A DNA stretch of 64,000 nucleotides from positions 70,646-134,645 of the forward strand of contig CAWENA010000003.1 in assembly GCA_963810385.1 (NCBI GenBank), read 5' to 3'. Below, piece by piece: positions 1 to 9,625 of this stretch. The notes under the pieces were generated by a model. It searched no databases. It saw only the letters and a program-made list of their open reading frames with translations, and was not told the DNA's origin. The DNA is from an uncultured Chloroflexia bacterium. GTDB lineage: Bacteria > Chloroflexota > Anaerolineae > Anaerolineales > Anaerolineaceae. A program made the position numbers and the translations under genes. The first letter of the stretch is position 1, and each line of letters begins with the position of its first letter.

Positions 1-517
1 CCATCAGCGGGAACCCCAGAATATTGACAATGATCGTATACACCACAAAACTTACCCAAGAAACCAGCACAGCCGGAATAAGACCAGCGAGAACTTTCCC
101 AAAGAACAGTTCACTATCCGACGTAGGGGTGTAGAGCAATCCCTCCAGGGTTTTTCTTTCCCTTTCGCCTGCGAACGACTCGGCTGCTATTATAGAAGAC
201 AGCATCAGAGGCATGATCAAGAACATCGGTGCAAAGAAATACCCCAGAAACAGAAACGGAAATATCTGGTCAGTAGTTTTCCCTGCAATCAGTCCTTTGA
301 TCTCCTGTGGTAATACGGATAGCATCTGTTCTATCGACACGTTTGATTGAAACGCTTGCTGCTTAAAAAATGGCAGGGTCGGGAGAACAAGCACGGCAAT
401 TGGCAGGATCACAAAAAAGACCATCGGAACAATAATAGCTGGCCCCCAGGCAAAGCGATTTTGCTGTACTTCCATTAAGTCTTTTCTTGCTATTGTCCAC
501 AGATTTTCTATTTTCAT
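1..517 (-). CDS. ABC-2 type transporter permease; N-terminal part only, the gene runs off the window's left edge
   Basis: Reverse-strand frame is open from ATG (rc of 515-517) to position 1. It translates to a hydrophobic protein containing ESFAGERERKTLEGLL, typical of ABC-2 permeases. Its start overlaps the upstream ATPase stop in an ATGA arrangement. It is missing from the ORF track because it has no stop inside the window. Confidence 0.6.
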   Translation of the reverse strand, partial: MKIENLWTIARKDLMEVQQNRFAWGPAIIVPMVFFVILPIAVLVLPTLPFFKQQAFQSNVSIEQMLSVLPQEIKGLIAGKTTDQIFPFLFLGYFFAPMFLIMPLMLSSIIAAESFAGERERKTLEGLLYTPTSDSELFFGKVLAGLIPAVLVSWVSFVVYTIIVNILGFPLM

Positions 518-1458
518 TTCTTACCCGCCTGTTGCTTCTGTAGTGTAAAATAGATCTCTTCGAGAGTGATTTCACGAGGCGTGACTCTTGTAAGTTGAGC
601 CTTATTCGCGGCCAGCCTGGTTATCAAGACGGATATGGCTTCCTTGTCAGATACCTGAACATGTAGCAAAGGTCCCTCTGTTCTGAACTGAAGAACCCCG
701 TGATTTTCTCCTAGGATTGTTTCAATGCCAGCAGGAATATTGTTTAAGAATTCAATTTCTACCCATATGCCCGGGAACAAGGACTTTGCCAACTGATCAG
801 GGGTACCGATAGCAAGCAGCGAGCCATTGTCAATGACTGCTACCCGATCACACAACCTTTGCGCTTCAACCAGGTTATGAGTACATAAGAATACTGTACG
901 ACCATCCTCATGACTGATGCGTTCAATCAACTCATTTACCTGTTGTGCTGATTCCGGATCCAACCCGGAAGTTGGCTCATCAAAATATAGCAACTCCGGG
1001 TTATGGAGCAGAGTGCGGGCAAGAGCCATCCTCTGCTTCATTCCCTTGCTATACCCGCCAACCTTATCCTTCTTCCTGGCGGATAAATCAAAGAAACCTA
1101 ACACTTCATCTATCCTTTTATCCAATTCTTCATCTGTAACCCCAGCCAACCTACCGGAAAACTTCAAATTATCCACGGCAGATAAACGCTCGTATAAAGC
1201 CGGCGTCTCAGTCAACACCCCTACTCTCATCCGGACACCTACACCGGCGATGATCGGATCTTCCCCAAATATGCGCACTTCTCCACCCGATACAGGCAGC
1301 AAACCGTTCAATACCCGGATAGTGGTAGTTTTACCAGCCCCATTAGGACCAAGCAAACCAAACACCTCACCCCGTTCAACATTGAACGATAAATCATTGA
1401 TAGCTTTGTTCGATCCGAAATATTTACTAAGATTATTGACATGAATTATATTTTCCAT
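514..1458 (-). CDS. ABC transporter ATP-binding protein
   Basis: Walker A GPNGAGKTT, signature-like YSKGMKQR, Walker B LLYFDEPTSGLD, H-loop CTHN. Confidence 0.9.
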   Translation of the reverse strand: MENIIHVNNLSKYFGSNKAINDLSFNVERGEVFGLLGPNGAGKTTTIRVLNGLLPVSGGEVRIFGEDPIIAGVGVRMRVGVLTETPALYERLSAVDNLKFSGRLAGVTDEELDKRIDEVLGFFDLSARKKDKVGGYSKGMKQRMALARTLLHNPELLYFDEPTSGLDPESAQQVNELIERISHEDGRTVFLCTHNLVEAQRLCDRVAVIDNGSLLAIGTPDQLAKSLFPGIWVEIEFLNNIPAGIETILGENHGVLQFRTEGPLLHVQVSDKEAISVLITRLAANKAQLTRVTPREITLEEIYFTLQKQQAGKK

Positions 1459-1466
1459 TGTTTATA

Positions 1467-1492
1467 CGTAATGTTTCACGTGAAACATTACG
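1467..1492. other. Perfect 26-bp palindrome CGTAATGTTTCACGTGAAACATTACG, overlapping the stop of the SdpI-like gene
   Basis: Read directly from the sequence. As RNA it can form an 11-bp stem with a 4-nt loop. It shares a 20-nt core with 2170-2189. Confidence 0.8.
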
Positions 1493-2138
1493 CCTCCCCG
1501 CGATGCAAATTCTTGTAGGCAACATAAGAGTAAATAATCAATCCTACAGTGCTTCCCAGTAGCGGAATCATCAAAAGCCAGATATATGCGTTTGGAAATA
1601 TCAAGCCTGCCAAACTGACTATGCCACAAATTTTGAATGTCAAACCTCCGGCGAGGTGTGTTTTTTCCCAAACTCGATCGTCACTCAAAGTCCACGGAGT
1701 TCGAATCCCTATGAACCAGTTTGGCTGTGCTTTTGATATAAGAACTCCACACAAGTAAAGGAGGATGGCAAAGGCAGGTGACATCCAGCGCAATAAATTA
1801 GTGATCAGGTGTAAATTCCATGCCAGGGTAAGGAAATGGATATATGTCATAAATCCTATGATGACCACGACAAAGACGTTATAGACAGGGCGAAAATGAC
1901 GGATATTCTTTTTCCTTGGGTCAATCATCGGCAGGAAAATAAGCAGCATTGCCAGCCCGACTTCCACCCCGGGAAGGAGGAATAAGCCAGTTGTTTTATT
2001 GCTGTAACCATCCACTTGCCCCAGGGTATCCCAGTGCGAAGCCATTTTATCTGGCACCAGAGGGCCTGCCGCCAAGCTGACCCCAAGTGTGAAAAGGATT
2101 ATGATAATGATCAAAATTGATGTATTTCTTGTTGTCAT
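1488..2138 (-). CDS. SdpI/YhfL-family membrane protein with N-terminal DUF1648-like region
   Basis: MASHWDTLGQVDGYSNK (DUF1648-like) and NWFIGIRTPWTLSDDRVWEKTH (SdpI-like), plus multiple TM segments. Confidence 0.75.
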   Translation of the reverse strand: MTTRNTSILIIIIILFTLGVSLAAGPLVPDKMASHWDTLGQVDGYSNKTTGLFLLPGVEVGLAMLLIFLPMIDPRKKNIRHFRPVYNVFVVVIIGFMTYIHFLTLAWNLHLITNLLRWMSPAFAILLYLCGVLISKAQPNWFIGIRTPWTLSDDRVWEKTHLAGGLTFKICGIVSLAGLIFPNAYIWLLMIPLLGSTVGLIIYSYVAYKNLHRGEA

Positions 2139-2169
2139 TTTTCTCCGAATTTCTTTTATTCAAAATTTT

Positions 2170-2189
2170 TGTTTCACGTGAAACGTTAC
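2170..2189. other. Second copy of the TGTTTCACGTGAAACRTTAC element (14-bp perfect palindrome core at 2171-2184), overlapping the stop of the SPFH gene
   Basis: Read directly; 19 of 20 nt are identical to 1472-1491. Confidence 0.8.
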
Positions 2190-3136
2190 TATTTAATTTC
2201 AGGAGGTAGGTTGTTTTGGGCAAGCGATACCAATCCACTCATGCTGCCCAAATTCATTGTGTCCACTGCGCTGCTTGGAACAATAACCAACGCTCCTTTT
2301 TCCTTTAGGCCTTCGAATAGCATATTCATCGCCCGCAGGTGCAGGGCGGTGGGGTTGTTGATATAGGCTTTGGATGCCTCGGCAAAACTGTGCGCGATCT
2401 GCATTTCAGATTCTCCCAGTATCACTCTCGCCTGTCGTTCTCGTTCTGCTTGGGCTTGCCTGCTCATTGAATCTTCCAGTTCCTGCGGAATGACAATATC
2501 CCGAATCTCTACCGATTGGACCGTGATACCCCAGGGTGTGGTTCTTTCGTCAATGATCTTCTGGAGATCGGCATCCATTTTTGCGCGACCCACCAGGATA
2601 TCCGCCAGTGACATCTGGCCAATGACTTCCCGCAGGGCTGTTTGTGCGGCCCAGGCAATGGCTGCGCGGTAATCTTCAACTTCCAATGCAGCTTTCTCGG
2701 CATCCCATACCAGCCAGAATAACACAGCATCCACATCTACCGGAACGGTATCCTTGGTGAGGGTTTTTTCAGCGCTGAAAGGGGTGACCATCACGCGGTG
2801 GTCGATCCAGGTTGGAGTCTGGTCGATCAATGGCAGTACCCAGAATGCTCCCGGCCCCTTTAGTTTCTGAAATTTTCCAAAACGGAGCACAATGGCTTTC
2901 TCCCATTGTTGTGCGATCTTAAAGGAGAAAAGGAATATCGTTCCGGCCAACAGCATAAAGAACACATACAGACCGATGATCCAATCTGCAACCTTTTTGT
3001 CCATTAACACTGCGCCGAAAACAATGAGGAGTAAAAATGCAAAGAAGATTGCTAAAGCAATTCCGTTGATATGCATTTCCTCAGTGGAATTCTGGTTGGA
3101 TTTTTGCCTTTTTTTGTTTAATGACGATATATTCAT
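2189..3136 (-). CDS. SPFH/band 7 (stomatin-like) membrane protein
   Basis: N-terminal TM segments followed by a typical SPFH core (VDVDAVLFW, ALREVIG, ITVQSVEIRDI) and a charged coiled-coil tail. Confidence 0.85.
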   Translation of the reverse strand: MNISSLNKKRQKSNQNSTEEMHINGIALAIFFAFLLLIVFGAVLMDKKVADWIIGLYVFFMLLAGTIFLFSFKIAQQWEKAIVLRFGKFQKLKGPGAFWVLPLIDQTPTWIDHRVMVTPFSAEKTLTKDTVPVDVDAVLFWLVWDAEKAALEVEDYRAAIAWAAQTALREVIGQMSLADILVGRAKMDADLQKIIDERTTPWGITVQSVEIRDIVIPQELEDSMSRQAQAERERQARVILGESEMQIAHSFAEASKAYINNPTALHLRAMNMLFEGLKEKGALVIVPSSAVDTMNLGSMSGLVSLAQNNLPPEIK

Positions 3137-3156
3137 TTAATCCTGCCTTTCAATAA

Positions 3157-3540
3157 TCACTTATCTCGCAAATTGACTTTTTTCAATATTTCTTGAATTT
3201 CTTCAAATGTAAAACCCAGCTGTTTGGTATCACGAAGGAATGATTTCGCCATATCATGCAGTGATTGTTCTTTAATGTTTTTACTCACTTCCGGTGTGGC
3301 TTCATCCAGGATATATGTTCCGCGGCCCTGTTGGGTGGAGATCAAGCCAGCTTCGTCCAAGATTCGATATGCACGCGCAATGGTATTGAAATTTACGCGC
3401 AGTTCGGATGCAAGCCGACGGACTGTGGGTAACTGTTCGTCTTGCTTTAGTTCTCCCGAAACAACCTGCAGCCGGATCTGCTCAACGATCTGGTTATAGA
3501 TCGGCGAGTCTGATCGGAAATCGATCTGAATGGTTTTCAA
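3157..3540 (-). CDS. GntR-family transcriptional regulator, short YtrA-like subtype
   Basis: 127 aa with a winged-HTH (LPTVRRLASELRVNFNTIARAYRIL) and a short C-terminal tail. TTG start, with AGGAG 9 nt upstream. Confidence 0.85.
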   Translation of the reverse strand: MKTIQIDFRSDSPIYNQIVEQIRLQVVSGELKQDEQLPTVRRLASELRVNFNTIARAYRILDEAGLISTQQGRGTYILDEATPEVSKNIKEQSLHDMAKSFLRDTKQLGFTFEEIQEILKKVNLRDK

Positions 3541-3574
3541 CTCATTTTTCTCCTTTCTAACCCGGGCATAACAA

Positions 3575-3625
3575 TTGTATCATTGTATCTTTGTATTATT
3601 GTATACTTTATTTTCAAATTGTCAA
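3575..3625 (-). promoter_or_regulatory. Putative promoter of the GntR operon with four tandem TTGTATNN repeats (candidate operator array)
   Basis: On the minus strand, TTGACA (rc of 3620-3625) is followed 16 nt later by TACAAT (rc of 3598-3603). TTGTAT sits at 3575, 3583, 3591 and 3599, an exact 8-bp period, between the -10 and the RBS. Confidence 0.45.
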
Positions 3626-3666
3626 GAGGCATTCTGGGATGGTAACGGAAATATTAAAATTTATAT

Positions 3667-3703
3667 CCAAAGCAAATAACCCTACCAGGGTTATGCACTT
3701 TGG
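3667..3703 (-). terminator. Hairpin downstream of purB (CCAAAG..ATAACCCT-ACC-AGGGTTAT..CTTTGG)
   Basis: 8-bp inner stem plus a 6-bp outer stem, read directly. On the minus strand it is followed by an A/T-rich tract. Confidence 0.45.
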
Positions 3704-3727
3704 AATTTTCAACTTTGGTTTTCGAAT

Positions 3728-5128
3728 TTAGATTGTATCTTGAAAAATTTGTTTGCGAATCCCTTGCGCCGTCTCCCGCGCTCTTGTTTCGGCTATTCCC
3801 GTATATCCTTCAACCTGGAACAAATTGCTCAATTCCTTCGGAGCAATCAGGTTGATAATTCTCCCATCCGCCTTCAGCAAATCCAGCAACGGGTTATCCT
3901 TCCCCAGCTGTAGGGTTTCCCAGGCCTGCATACTGTGTCCCCGCAGCCATTCATGTGCTTCCTGACGGTCTGCTCCGGTATTCACCAATGCCATCAAGAC
4001 CCGTTCGATTGCTGCAAAGGGCGCAAATTTCTCAATATTCCTGCGTATCGCTTCCTCGCGCACCTGCAACCCGCCGATGACTTTCGTAAAGCTATTCAGT
4101 ATCTCATCCACGATCAAAAAAGATTCCGGCAGCATACTGCGCCGGTTGGCGCTGTCGTCCAGGGTGCGTTCCAGCATCGAATGGGCATAATTGTTCCAGG
4201 CAATAGTTGGTAATGAGGATAACTCACGCGTCAGCGAAGTTATCTTTTCAAGCTCGATCGGGTTACGCTTGAAAGGCATCGCCGAGGACCCCACCTGCTC
4301 GCCTCCGAAGGGTTCTGCCAACTCGCCTATGACCTCAGATTGTAGCAGCCGCAAATCCAGGGCAAATTTATATAGTGTCGCTCCCAGGCTGGAAAGGACA
4401 TTCAACAACACCAGTTCCTGCTTGCGGGTATAGGTTTGTGTTGCAACAGGGAAGAAATCCAGCCCGAGCTTTTCGCTCAATAATTTTTCAAATTGTTCAA
4501 AGCCATCTTCACCTAGCAGCATTACAAATGATGCTGCATTACCGACAGCTCCTTTAAATCCCTTGCCCATAAACCCGGCGCTTATTTCATTAATGGCCTG
4601 CCAGTCTACGAGGAGGTCCTGGCCTATGTTCGCCAACCGGTATCCCAGTGTGGTCGGTTCGGCTGGCTGTAAATGCGTGAATGCCATCACCGGCAGCGCA
4701 GCATACTTCTCGATAGAACCAGCCAACACATTCAAGAATTTGGCAAGAACTTTGGTTACCAAAACCAGTCCCTCTTTGATTTGAAGCGCTTCGGCATTGT
4801 CCTTGATATCCATCGAGGTTGCCCCCAGGTGAATGATCCCGGCGCCGATTTTGCATTGTGAGGCATATACTTTTATCTCTGCCATCAGGTCATGATGAAG
4901 TTTTTCTTCGATAACCAGCGCATGGGGGATGTCGACATCTCCTGAGTGCTCCAGTAGATCTTGTGCCTGTTCAGGAGAAACCAATCCGCTATCGATCTGT
5001 GCTTCAGCCATGGAAACCCATAACCTGCGCCACAACAACCGCTTATTTTCTTCGCTCCAGATGCGCCGCATTTCAGGCGATCCGTATCGCCAACTGAATG
5101 GACTTTGATAACTGCTGTAATTATCCAT
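3728..5128 (-). CDS. purB: Adenylosuccinate lyase
   Basis: Full-length lyase-1 fold protein. N-terminus reads SPFSWRYGSPEMRRIW, and the SSAMPFKRNP signature loop is present. Confidence 0.9.
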   Translation of the reverse strand: MDNYSSYQSPFSWRYGSPEMRRIWSEENKRLLWRRLWVSMAEAQIDSGLVSPEQAQDLLEHSGDVDIPHALVIEEKLHHDLMAEIKVYASQCKIGAGIIHLGATSMDIKDNAEALQIKEGLVLVTKVLAKFLNVLAGSIEKYAALPVMAFTHLQPAEPTTLGYRLANIGQDLLVDWQAINEISAGFMGKGFKGAVGNAASFVMLLGEDGFEQFEKLLSEKLGLDFFPVATQTYTRKQELVLLNVLSSLGATLYKFALDLRLLQSEVIGELAEPFGGEQVGSSAMPFKRNPIELEKITSLTRELSSLPTIAWNNYAHSMLERTLDDSANRRSMLPESFLIVDEILNSFTKVIGGLQVREEAIRRNIEKFAPFAAIERVLMALVNTGADRQEAHEWLRGHSMQAWETLQLGKDNPLLDLLKADGRIINLIAPKELSNLFQVEGYTGIAETRARETAQGIRKQIFQDTI

Positions 5129-6427
5129 TTAGTTCTTCTTTACCACGTCCATGCGTTCTGGTCCTACCGAGATCATCCGCACCGGCACTCGACATTGGGA
5201 TTCAATATAGAGGATATATTCTTTGGCCGCCGATGGAAAATTGGCATAATCGCGCATGGTTCTCAAATCAGCATCCCAGCCTTTGAGGGTATCGAAAACA
5301 GGTTTATAGCTTGCCAGTGTGTACGCATCAGCCGTTCGTTCCAGTTGATTGATCCGTCTGCCGTCCACTTCGTAAGCATTACAGATGGGGATCTGCTGGA
5401 TGCCGGAGAGGATATCCATTTTCGTAATGAACAGCTCTGTGATACCGTTGATCTCGACCGCATAGCGCAGCAGCACCAGGTCCAGCCAACCCACCCGGCG
5501 TGGGCGACCGGTGGTCGTGCCAAACTCATCCCACGGGTTACTGCCGGTTCCTCGCAGTAGTGTAGCCTGTTCACCCAGCAATTCTGTTGGGAATGGGCCG
5601 GAGCCAACTCTAGTCTGGAAGGATTTTGTCACGCCGATCACTTTTTTTACCGGGCCAATCCCTACACCCAACCCGCTGAACACACCTGCTGCCGTTGTGC
5701 AGGAACTGGTCACAAAAGGATAGCTACCCTGTTCCAAATCCAATAAAGTTCCCTGGGCGCCTTCTGATAGGACAGTCTGCCCCTGATCTAGCGCAGATTT
5801 AACCAAAGGGCCAATGCGTCTGATGTATGGCTGAAGGATCCGGGCTTTCTCAATGTATTCTTCGGTTGATTTTTCAACATCCAATCCTGGAAGTTGGTAG
5901 AGCGCCTGCAATGTTACATTAGTGGCAGTAAAGTGGTCGATTAATCGTTGCTTGAAGGATGGCAGGTCCAGAATTTCACCGGTGCGCAAACCACGCCGTG
6001 AAGCTTTATCCACATAAGCCGGTCCGATGCCACGACCCGTGGTACCGATCATTCCCTTTCCGAGTGCCGTATCCTGAGCGCCATCCAATAACCTGTGTGC
6101 TGGTGTAATGAGCTGGGCCGCATCGGAAATGAATAATCGGGCAGGGGATACTTCCACGCCAGCAGCTTTCAGCATCTCCATCTCATCCACAAGTGTACTT
6201 GGGTTTATCACCATGCCGTTCCCAAGTACCCCTTTGGTGGTTGGGTGGATGAATCCCGAAGGTATGATATGCAGTTTGAATATCTTTTCGCCAACAGTGA
6301 CGGTATGCCCGGCATTGTCACCACCATTGAATCTGGCAGAGATATACGCTTTTTCGGAAAGCAGGTCAACCACCCTTCCCTTCCCCTCATCACCCCATTG
6401 GGCTCCAACAACGATCTCAAGCGGCAT
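5129..6427 (-). CDS. purA: Adenylosuccinate synthetase
   Basis: GAQWGDEGKGRVVD P-loop, GTTGRGIGPAY, GTTTGRPRR. Confidence 0.95.
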   Translation of the reverse strand: MPLEIVVGAQWGDEGKGRVVDLLSEKAYISARFNGGDNAGHTVTVGEKIFKLHIIPSGFIHPTTKGVLGNGMVINPSTLVDEMEMLKAAGVEVSPARLFISDAAQLITPAHRLLDGAQDTALGKGMIGTTGRGIGPAYVDKASRRGLRTGEILDLPSFKQRLIDHFTATNVTLQALYQLPGLDVEKSTEEYIEKARILQPYIRRIGPLVKSALDQGQTVLSEGAQGTLLDLEQGSYPFVTSSCTTAAGVFSGLGVGIGPVKKVIGVTKSFQTRVGSGPFPTELLGEQATLLRGTGSNPWDEFGTTTGRPRRVGWLDLVLLRYAVEINGITELFITKMDILSGIQQIPICNAYEVDGRRINQLERTADAYTLASYKPVFDTLKGWDADLRTMRDYANFPSAAKEYILYIESQCRVPVRMISVGPERMDVVKKN

Positions 6428-6437
6428 ATATGCCTTC

Positions 6438-6998
6438 CTATCCTTTGTATTTCTTCAAATCAACCGATGCGATGTAAGGCAGGTTGCGCCCTTTTTCATC
6501 GATATCCAATCCGTAGCCAACCACAAAATAATCGGGAATTGAAAAACCCAGGTAGTCGATATCAATATCCACCTTATGACGGTCGGGTTTATCCAGTAAC
6601 GCACACACCTTGAGGCTTTTCGGTTCGCGGTCTTTGAGCAGTTTGGAAACAGTTTTGATCGTATACCCAGAATCGACGATATCATCGATAAGGATCACAT
6701 CCCAGCCGCGGATATTGGTCTTGTGGTCGGAATCGATGCGCACAAATCCGCTGGATTCCGAGCCGGAGTAGGATGAGACGGACATAAAATCCATGGTCAT
6801 CGGTCTTGGTACATGCCGCATCAGGTCGGTGATGAACACCACGCTGCCACGCAATAATCCTAATAACAGCAGCTTTTCAGAATCCTTATAATCCTGCGCG
6901 ATCAAATTACCAAGAAATTGGACCCGTTTCTCAATATCTTCTTTGGATATGATGACCTTATCAATAAAATCATACGGAAATTCAGATATGGTTTCCAT
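6438..6998 (-). CDS. hpt: Hypoxanthine(-guanine) phosphoribosyltransferase
   Basis: PRPP-binding motif VILIDDIVDSGYT. The start is placed at the internal METISEF Met; the longer ORF reaches 7064. Confidence 0.85.
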   Translation of the reverse strand: METISEFPYDFIDKVIISKEDIEKRVQFLGNLIAQDYKDSEKLLLLGLLRGSVVFITDLMRHVPRPMTMDFMSVSSYSGSESSGFVRIDSDHKTNIRGWDVILIDDIVDSGYTIKTVSKLLKDREPKSLKVCALLDKPDRHKVDIDIDYLGFSIPDYFVVGYGLDIDEKGRNLPYIASVDLKKYKG

Positions 6999-7127
6999 GA
7001 GCTTGTACCTGTAGGGGAAAAAGGATATGTTACAAGGATATTGTACCAAATCCCTCTTTAACAAGCATTATGATTTCGCAGTCAGTTTTCGAGCAAACTA
7101 TTGGATCTAACTAAGCAACAGACGAAT

Positions 7128-7535
7128 CTAAAAAACTCCGCAATTGTTTAGATACCTCCTGTATTCCTGATCGCTTCCCAGAATATGGCCGGTCAGCCAA
7201 TCGGCCAGGAATTCAAGCATATCCTCCGTCACTTTGTTATCGGTTGAATCAAACCTGGTATGGTACTCTTTGATCTTTTGTTCATAAAACCGGTGTTCCT
7301 TCGCATGTTGATCAAGTCCATAAAATTTGTGCTTGACAAACAAATCTTCTTCAGATTTAAAATGCACATGGGCATATTCTTCTAACTGATTTATCAGAGC
7401 ACCGGTCTGTTCTTTTTTTTCAGGGTCATTGTATAGGTGATAGATGGTATTAAGATGTGAAACCAACAACTTGTGCTGCTCATCCAGCACGTTGACCCCG
7501 ACCGAATATGTTTCTTTCCATTCCAATGATTGCAT
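7128..7535 (-). CDS. Hemerythrin-like metal-binding protein (bacteriohemerythrin)
   Basis: WKETYSVGVNVLDEQHKLLV opening and the H/E ligand pattern (HFKSEE, HAKEH). Confidence 0.8.
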   Translation of the reverse strand: MQSLEWKETYSVGVNVLDEQHKLLVSHLNTIYHLYNDPEKKEQTGALINQLEEYAHVHFKSEEDLFVKHKFYGLDQHAKEHRFYEQKIKEYHTRFDSTDNKVTEDMLEFLADWLTGHILGSDQEYRRYLNNCGVF

Positions 7536-7870
7536 ATATCGACTCCGAAAACAGAATTATTTAATCATATATCGGCAAAAATATTGCCATGTTTAGCATC
7601 AGTGTATGAATAACTTCCAATTTGATAGGAAACTTATCAGTCTTAGTAATTCCCTTAGGCTTTTTGTGAGTGTAGAAGCATAGTAAATCCAGCATAAGCA
7701 ACCCATTTACAGAAGACAATTAATAATTGGGGATAAATTCACCTCGGAAGTTGAGAAATCATGGCCCATTGCTCCTTCAAGCTATTCCTTTTATTGTTCT
7801 ATCAAATCTCCATCTCATCTCTTCCGCGTGGTAAAATAAGATTGAATTATCAGGTACTTAGGAGGAAGTA

Positions 7871-8758
7871 ATGGAGCAGCAAACAGCAACATTTGCAGTT
7901 AAAAAAGGTCTCGCACAGATGCTTAAAGGCGGCGTGATCATGGATGTGGTGACACCTGAGCATGCCAGGATCGCGGAAGATGCCGGCGCTTGCGCTGTCA
8001 TGGCGTTGGAACGCGTACCCGCCGATATCCGCGCTTCAGGTGGTGTCGCACGCATGAGCGATCCGGACCTTATCATGAAGATCATGGATACGGTCACTAT
8101 TCCAGTTATGGCAAAATGCCGCATCGGACATTTTGTCGAAGCGCAGATTCTTGAATCAATTGGCGTCGACTACATTGACGAATCCGAAGTGTTAACTCCG
8201 GCGGATGAAGCCCATCACATAAATAAGCACGATTTCAAAGTTCCTTTCGTTTGTGGCTGTCGCAACCTCGGCGAGGCGCTTCGCCGCTTAGGTGAAGGTG
8301 CTGCCATGATCCGTACCAAAGGCGAAGCCGGCACAGGGGACGTGGTCGAAGCGGTTCGACACGCCCGGTCTGTTTTGGGTGAGATCCGCAAGCTGCAGAA
8401 TATGCCCGAAGAAGAATTGATGGCGCTTGCCAAAGACCTTGGCGCGCCTTACGAGTTGCTATTGGAAACCCGGCAGCTTGGAAGAATGCCTGTCGTCAAC
8501 TTCGCCGCAGGTGGCATTGCCACCCCTGCCGATGCTGCGTTGATGATGCAGCTGGGTGTGGATGGTGTCTTCGTGGGTTCCGGAATTTTCAAATCCGGCG
8601 ACCCTGCCAAACGTGCCGCAGCGATCGTCAAAGCTACGACCCATTACAAAGATGCAGCCATCCTGGCGGATGTCAGCCGCAACCTGGGCGAGCCCATGGT
8701 TGGTCGGCAAATTTCATCCATCCCGGAACAGGATCTGATCGCAACCCGCGGTTGGTAA
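7871..8758 (+). CDS. pdxS: Pyridoxal 5'-phosphate synthase, lyase subunit
   Basis: Near-canonical PdxS sequence ([27 protein letters not shown]). AGGAGG RBS. Confidence 0.95.
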   Translation: MEQQTATFAVKKGLAQMLKGGVIMDVVTPEHARIAEDAGACAVMALERVPADIRASGGVARMSDPDLIMKIMDTVTIPVMAKCRIGHFVEAQILESIGVDYIDESEVLTPADEAHHINKHDFKVPFVCGCRNLGEALRRLGEGAAMIRTKGEAGTGDVVEAVRHARSVLGEIRKLQNMPEEELMALAKDLGAPYELLLETRQLGRMPVVNFAAGGIATPADAALMMQLGVDGVFVGSGIFKSGDPAKRAAAIVKATTHYKDAAILADVSRNLGEPMVGRQISSIPEQDLIATRGW

Positions 8759-8762
8759 TAGT

Positions 8763-9350
8763 ATGACGTTGATCGGTGTGCTGGCATTACAGGGCGATTT
8801 CATCGAGCACATCCATGCATTGCAACGGATTGGCGCAAATACACGCGAAGTTCGGCTGCCCACAGACCTGCTGGGATTGGATGGTTTGATCATCCCTGGC
8901 GGAGAATCGACTACCATCGGAAAACTGGCTGTGGCTTATGGCCTGATGGAACCTCTTATGGCATTTGGGAAACAGCATGCCGTTTGGGGTACCTGTGCCG
9001 GAGCAATTTTCCTATCAAAAGATGCCCACCGTCAGCAGCCGTTGTTGGGTTTGATGGATATCACCGTCGAACGCAATGCCTTTGGCCGCCAGGTGGACAG
9101 CTTCGAAGTGGATCTGGATATTCCAGCCTTAAATAGTATTGATCCTGAAGGTCGACCTTACCACGCTGTATTCATCCGGGCGCCACTCATAAAATCGGTA
9201 AACGGTCATGTGGAAGTCCTTTCCAAACTTCCCAACGGCAAGATCGTGGCAGCCAGGGAAGGCCGGCTTTTAGCAACCTCTTTCCATCCGGAATTAACCC
9301 GGGATGACCGTTTTCATCAGTTATTTGTGGAGATGTCAGAATCGGATTAA
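8763..9350 (+). CDS. pdxT: Pyridoxal 5'-phosphate synthase, glutaminase subunit
   Basis: GVLALQGDF, GTCAG catalytic Cys, FHPE. Confidence 0.95.
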   Translation: MTLIGVLALQGDFIEHIHALQRIGANTREVRLPTDLLGLDGLIIPGGESTTIGKLAVAYGLMEPLMAFGKQHAVWGTCAGAIFLSKDAHRQQPLLGLMDITVERNAFGRQVDSFEVDLDIPALNSIDPEGRPYHAVFIRAPLIKSVNGHVEVLSKLPNGKIVAAREGRLLATSFHPELTRDDRFHQLFVEMSESD

Positions 9351-9625
9351 GATCTGTTGACCTTCTCGATTTACCCTCCTTACGCCGGTACCGCGATCAA
9401 GTACTGCCGCTGGATACTGTTCAACTGCTTACTCGCGGAAATCCGCTTAGGACCCGCGCCTTCCTTGAATATCTGAATCCCTCAAACGGAATTTATACAT
9501 CTCTGAATGAAGAAGCCGGAAAGATTTCCATTGTAGGGCAGATCAGTCATCCCGGCAGCACTCGTTCATCTCATATCTCATATATCGCACCAGAAAGAGC
9601 CATCTTTTCATCTGATTTCAGCCAA

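Noticed and set aside
917-1444. 175-aa plus-strand ORF opposite the ABC ATPase gene
   Set aside because: It is antisense to a gene with complete Walker A/B and signature motifs, and its own translation has no recognisable features.
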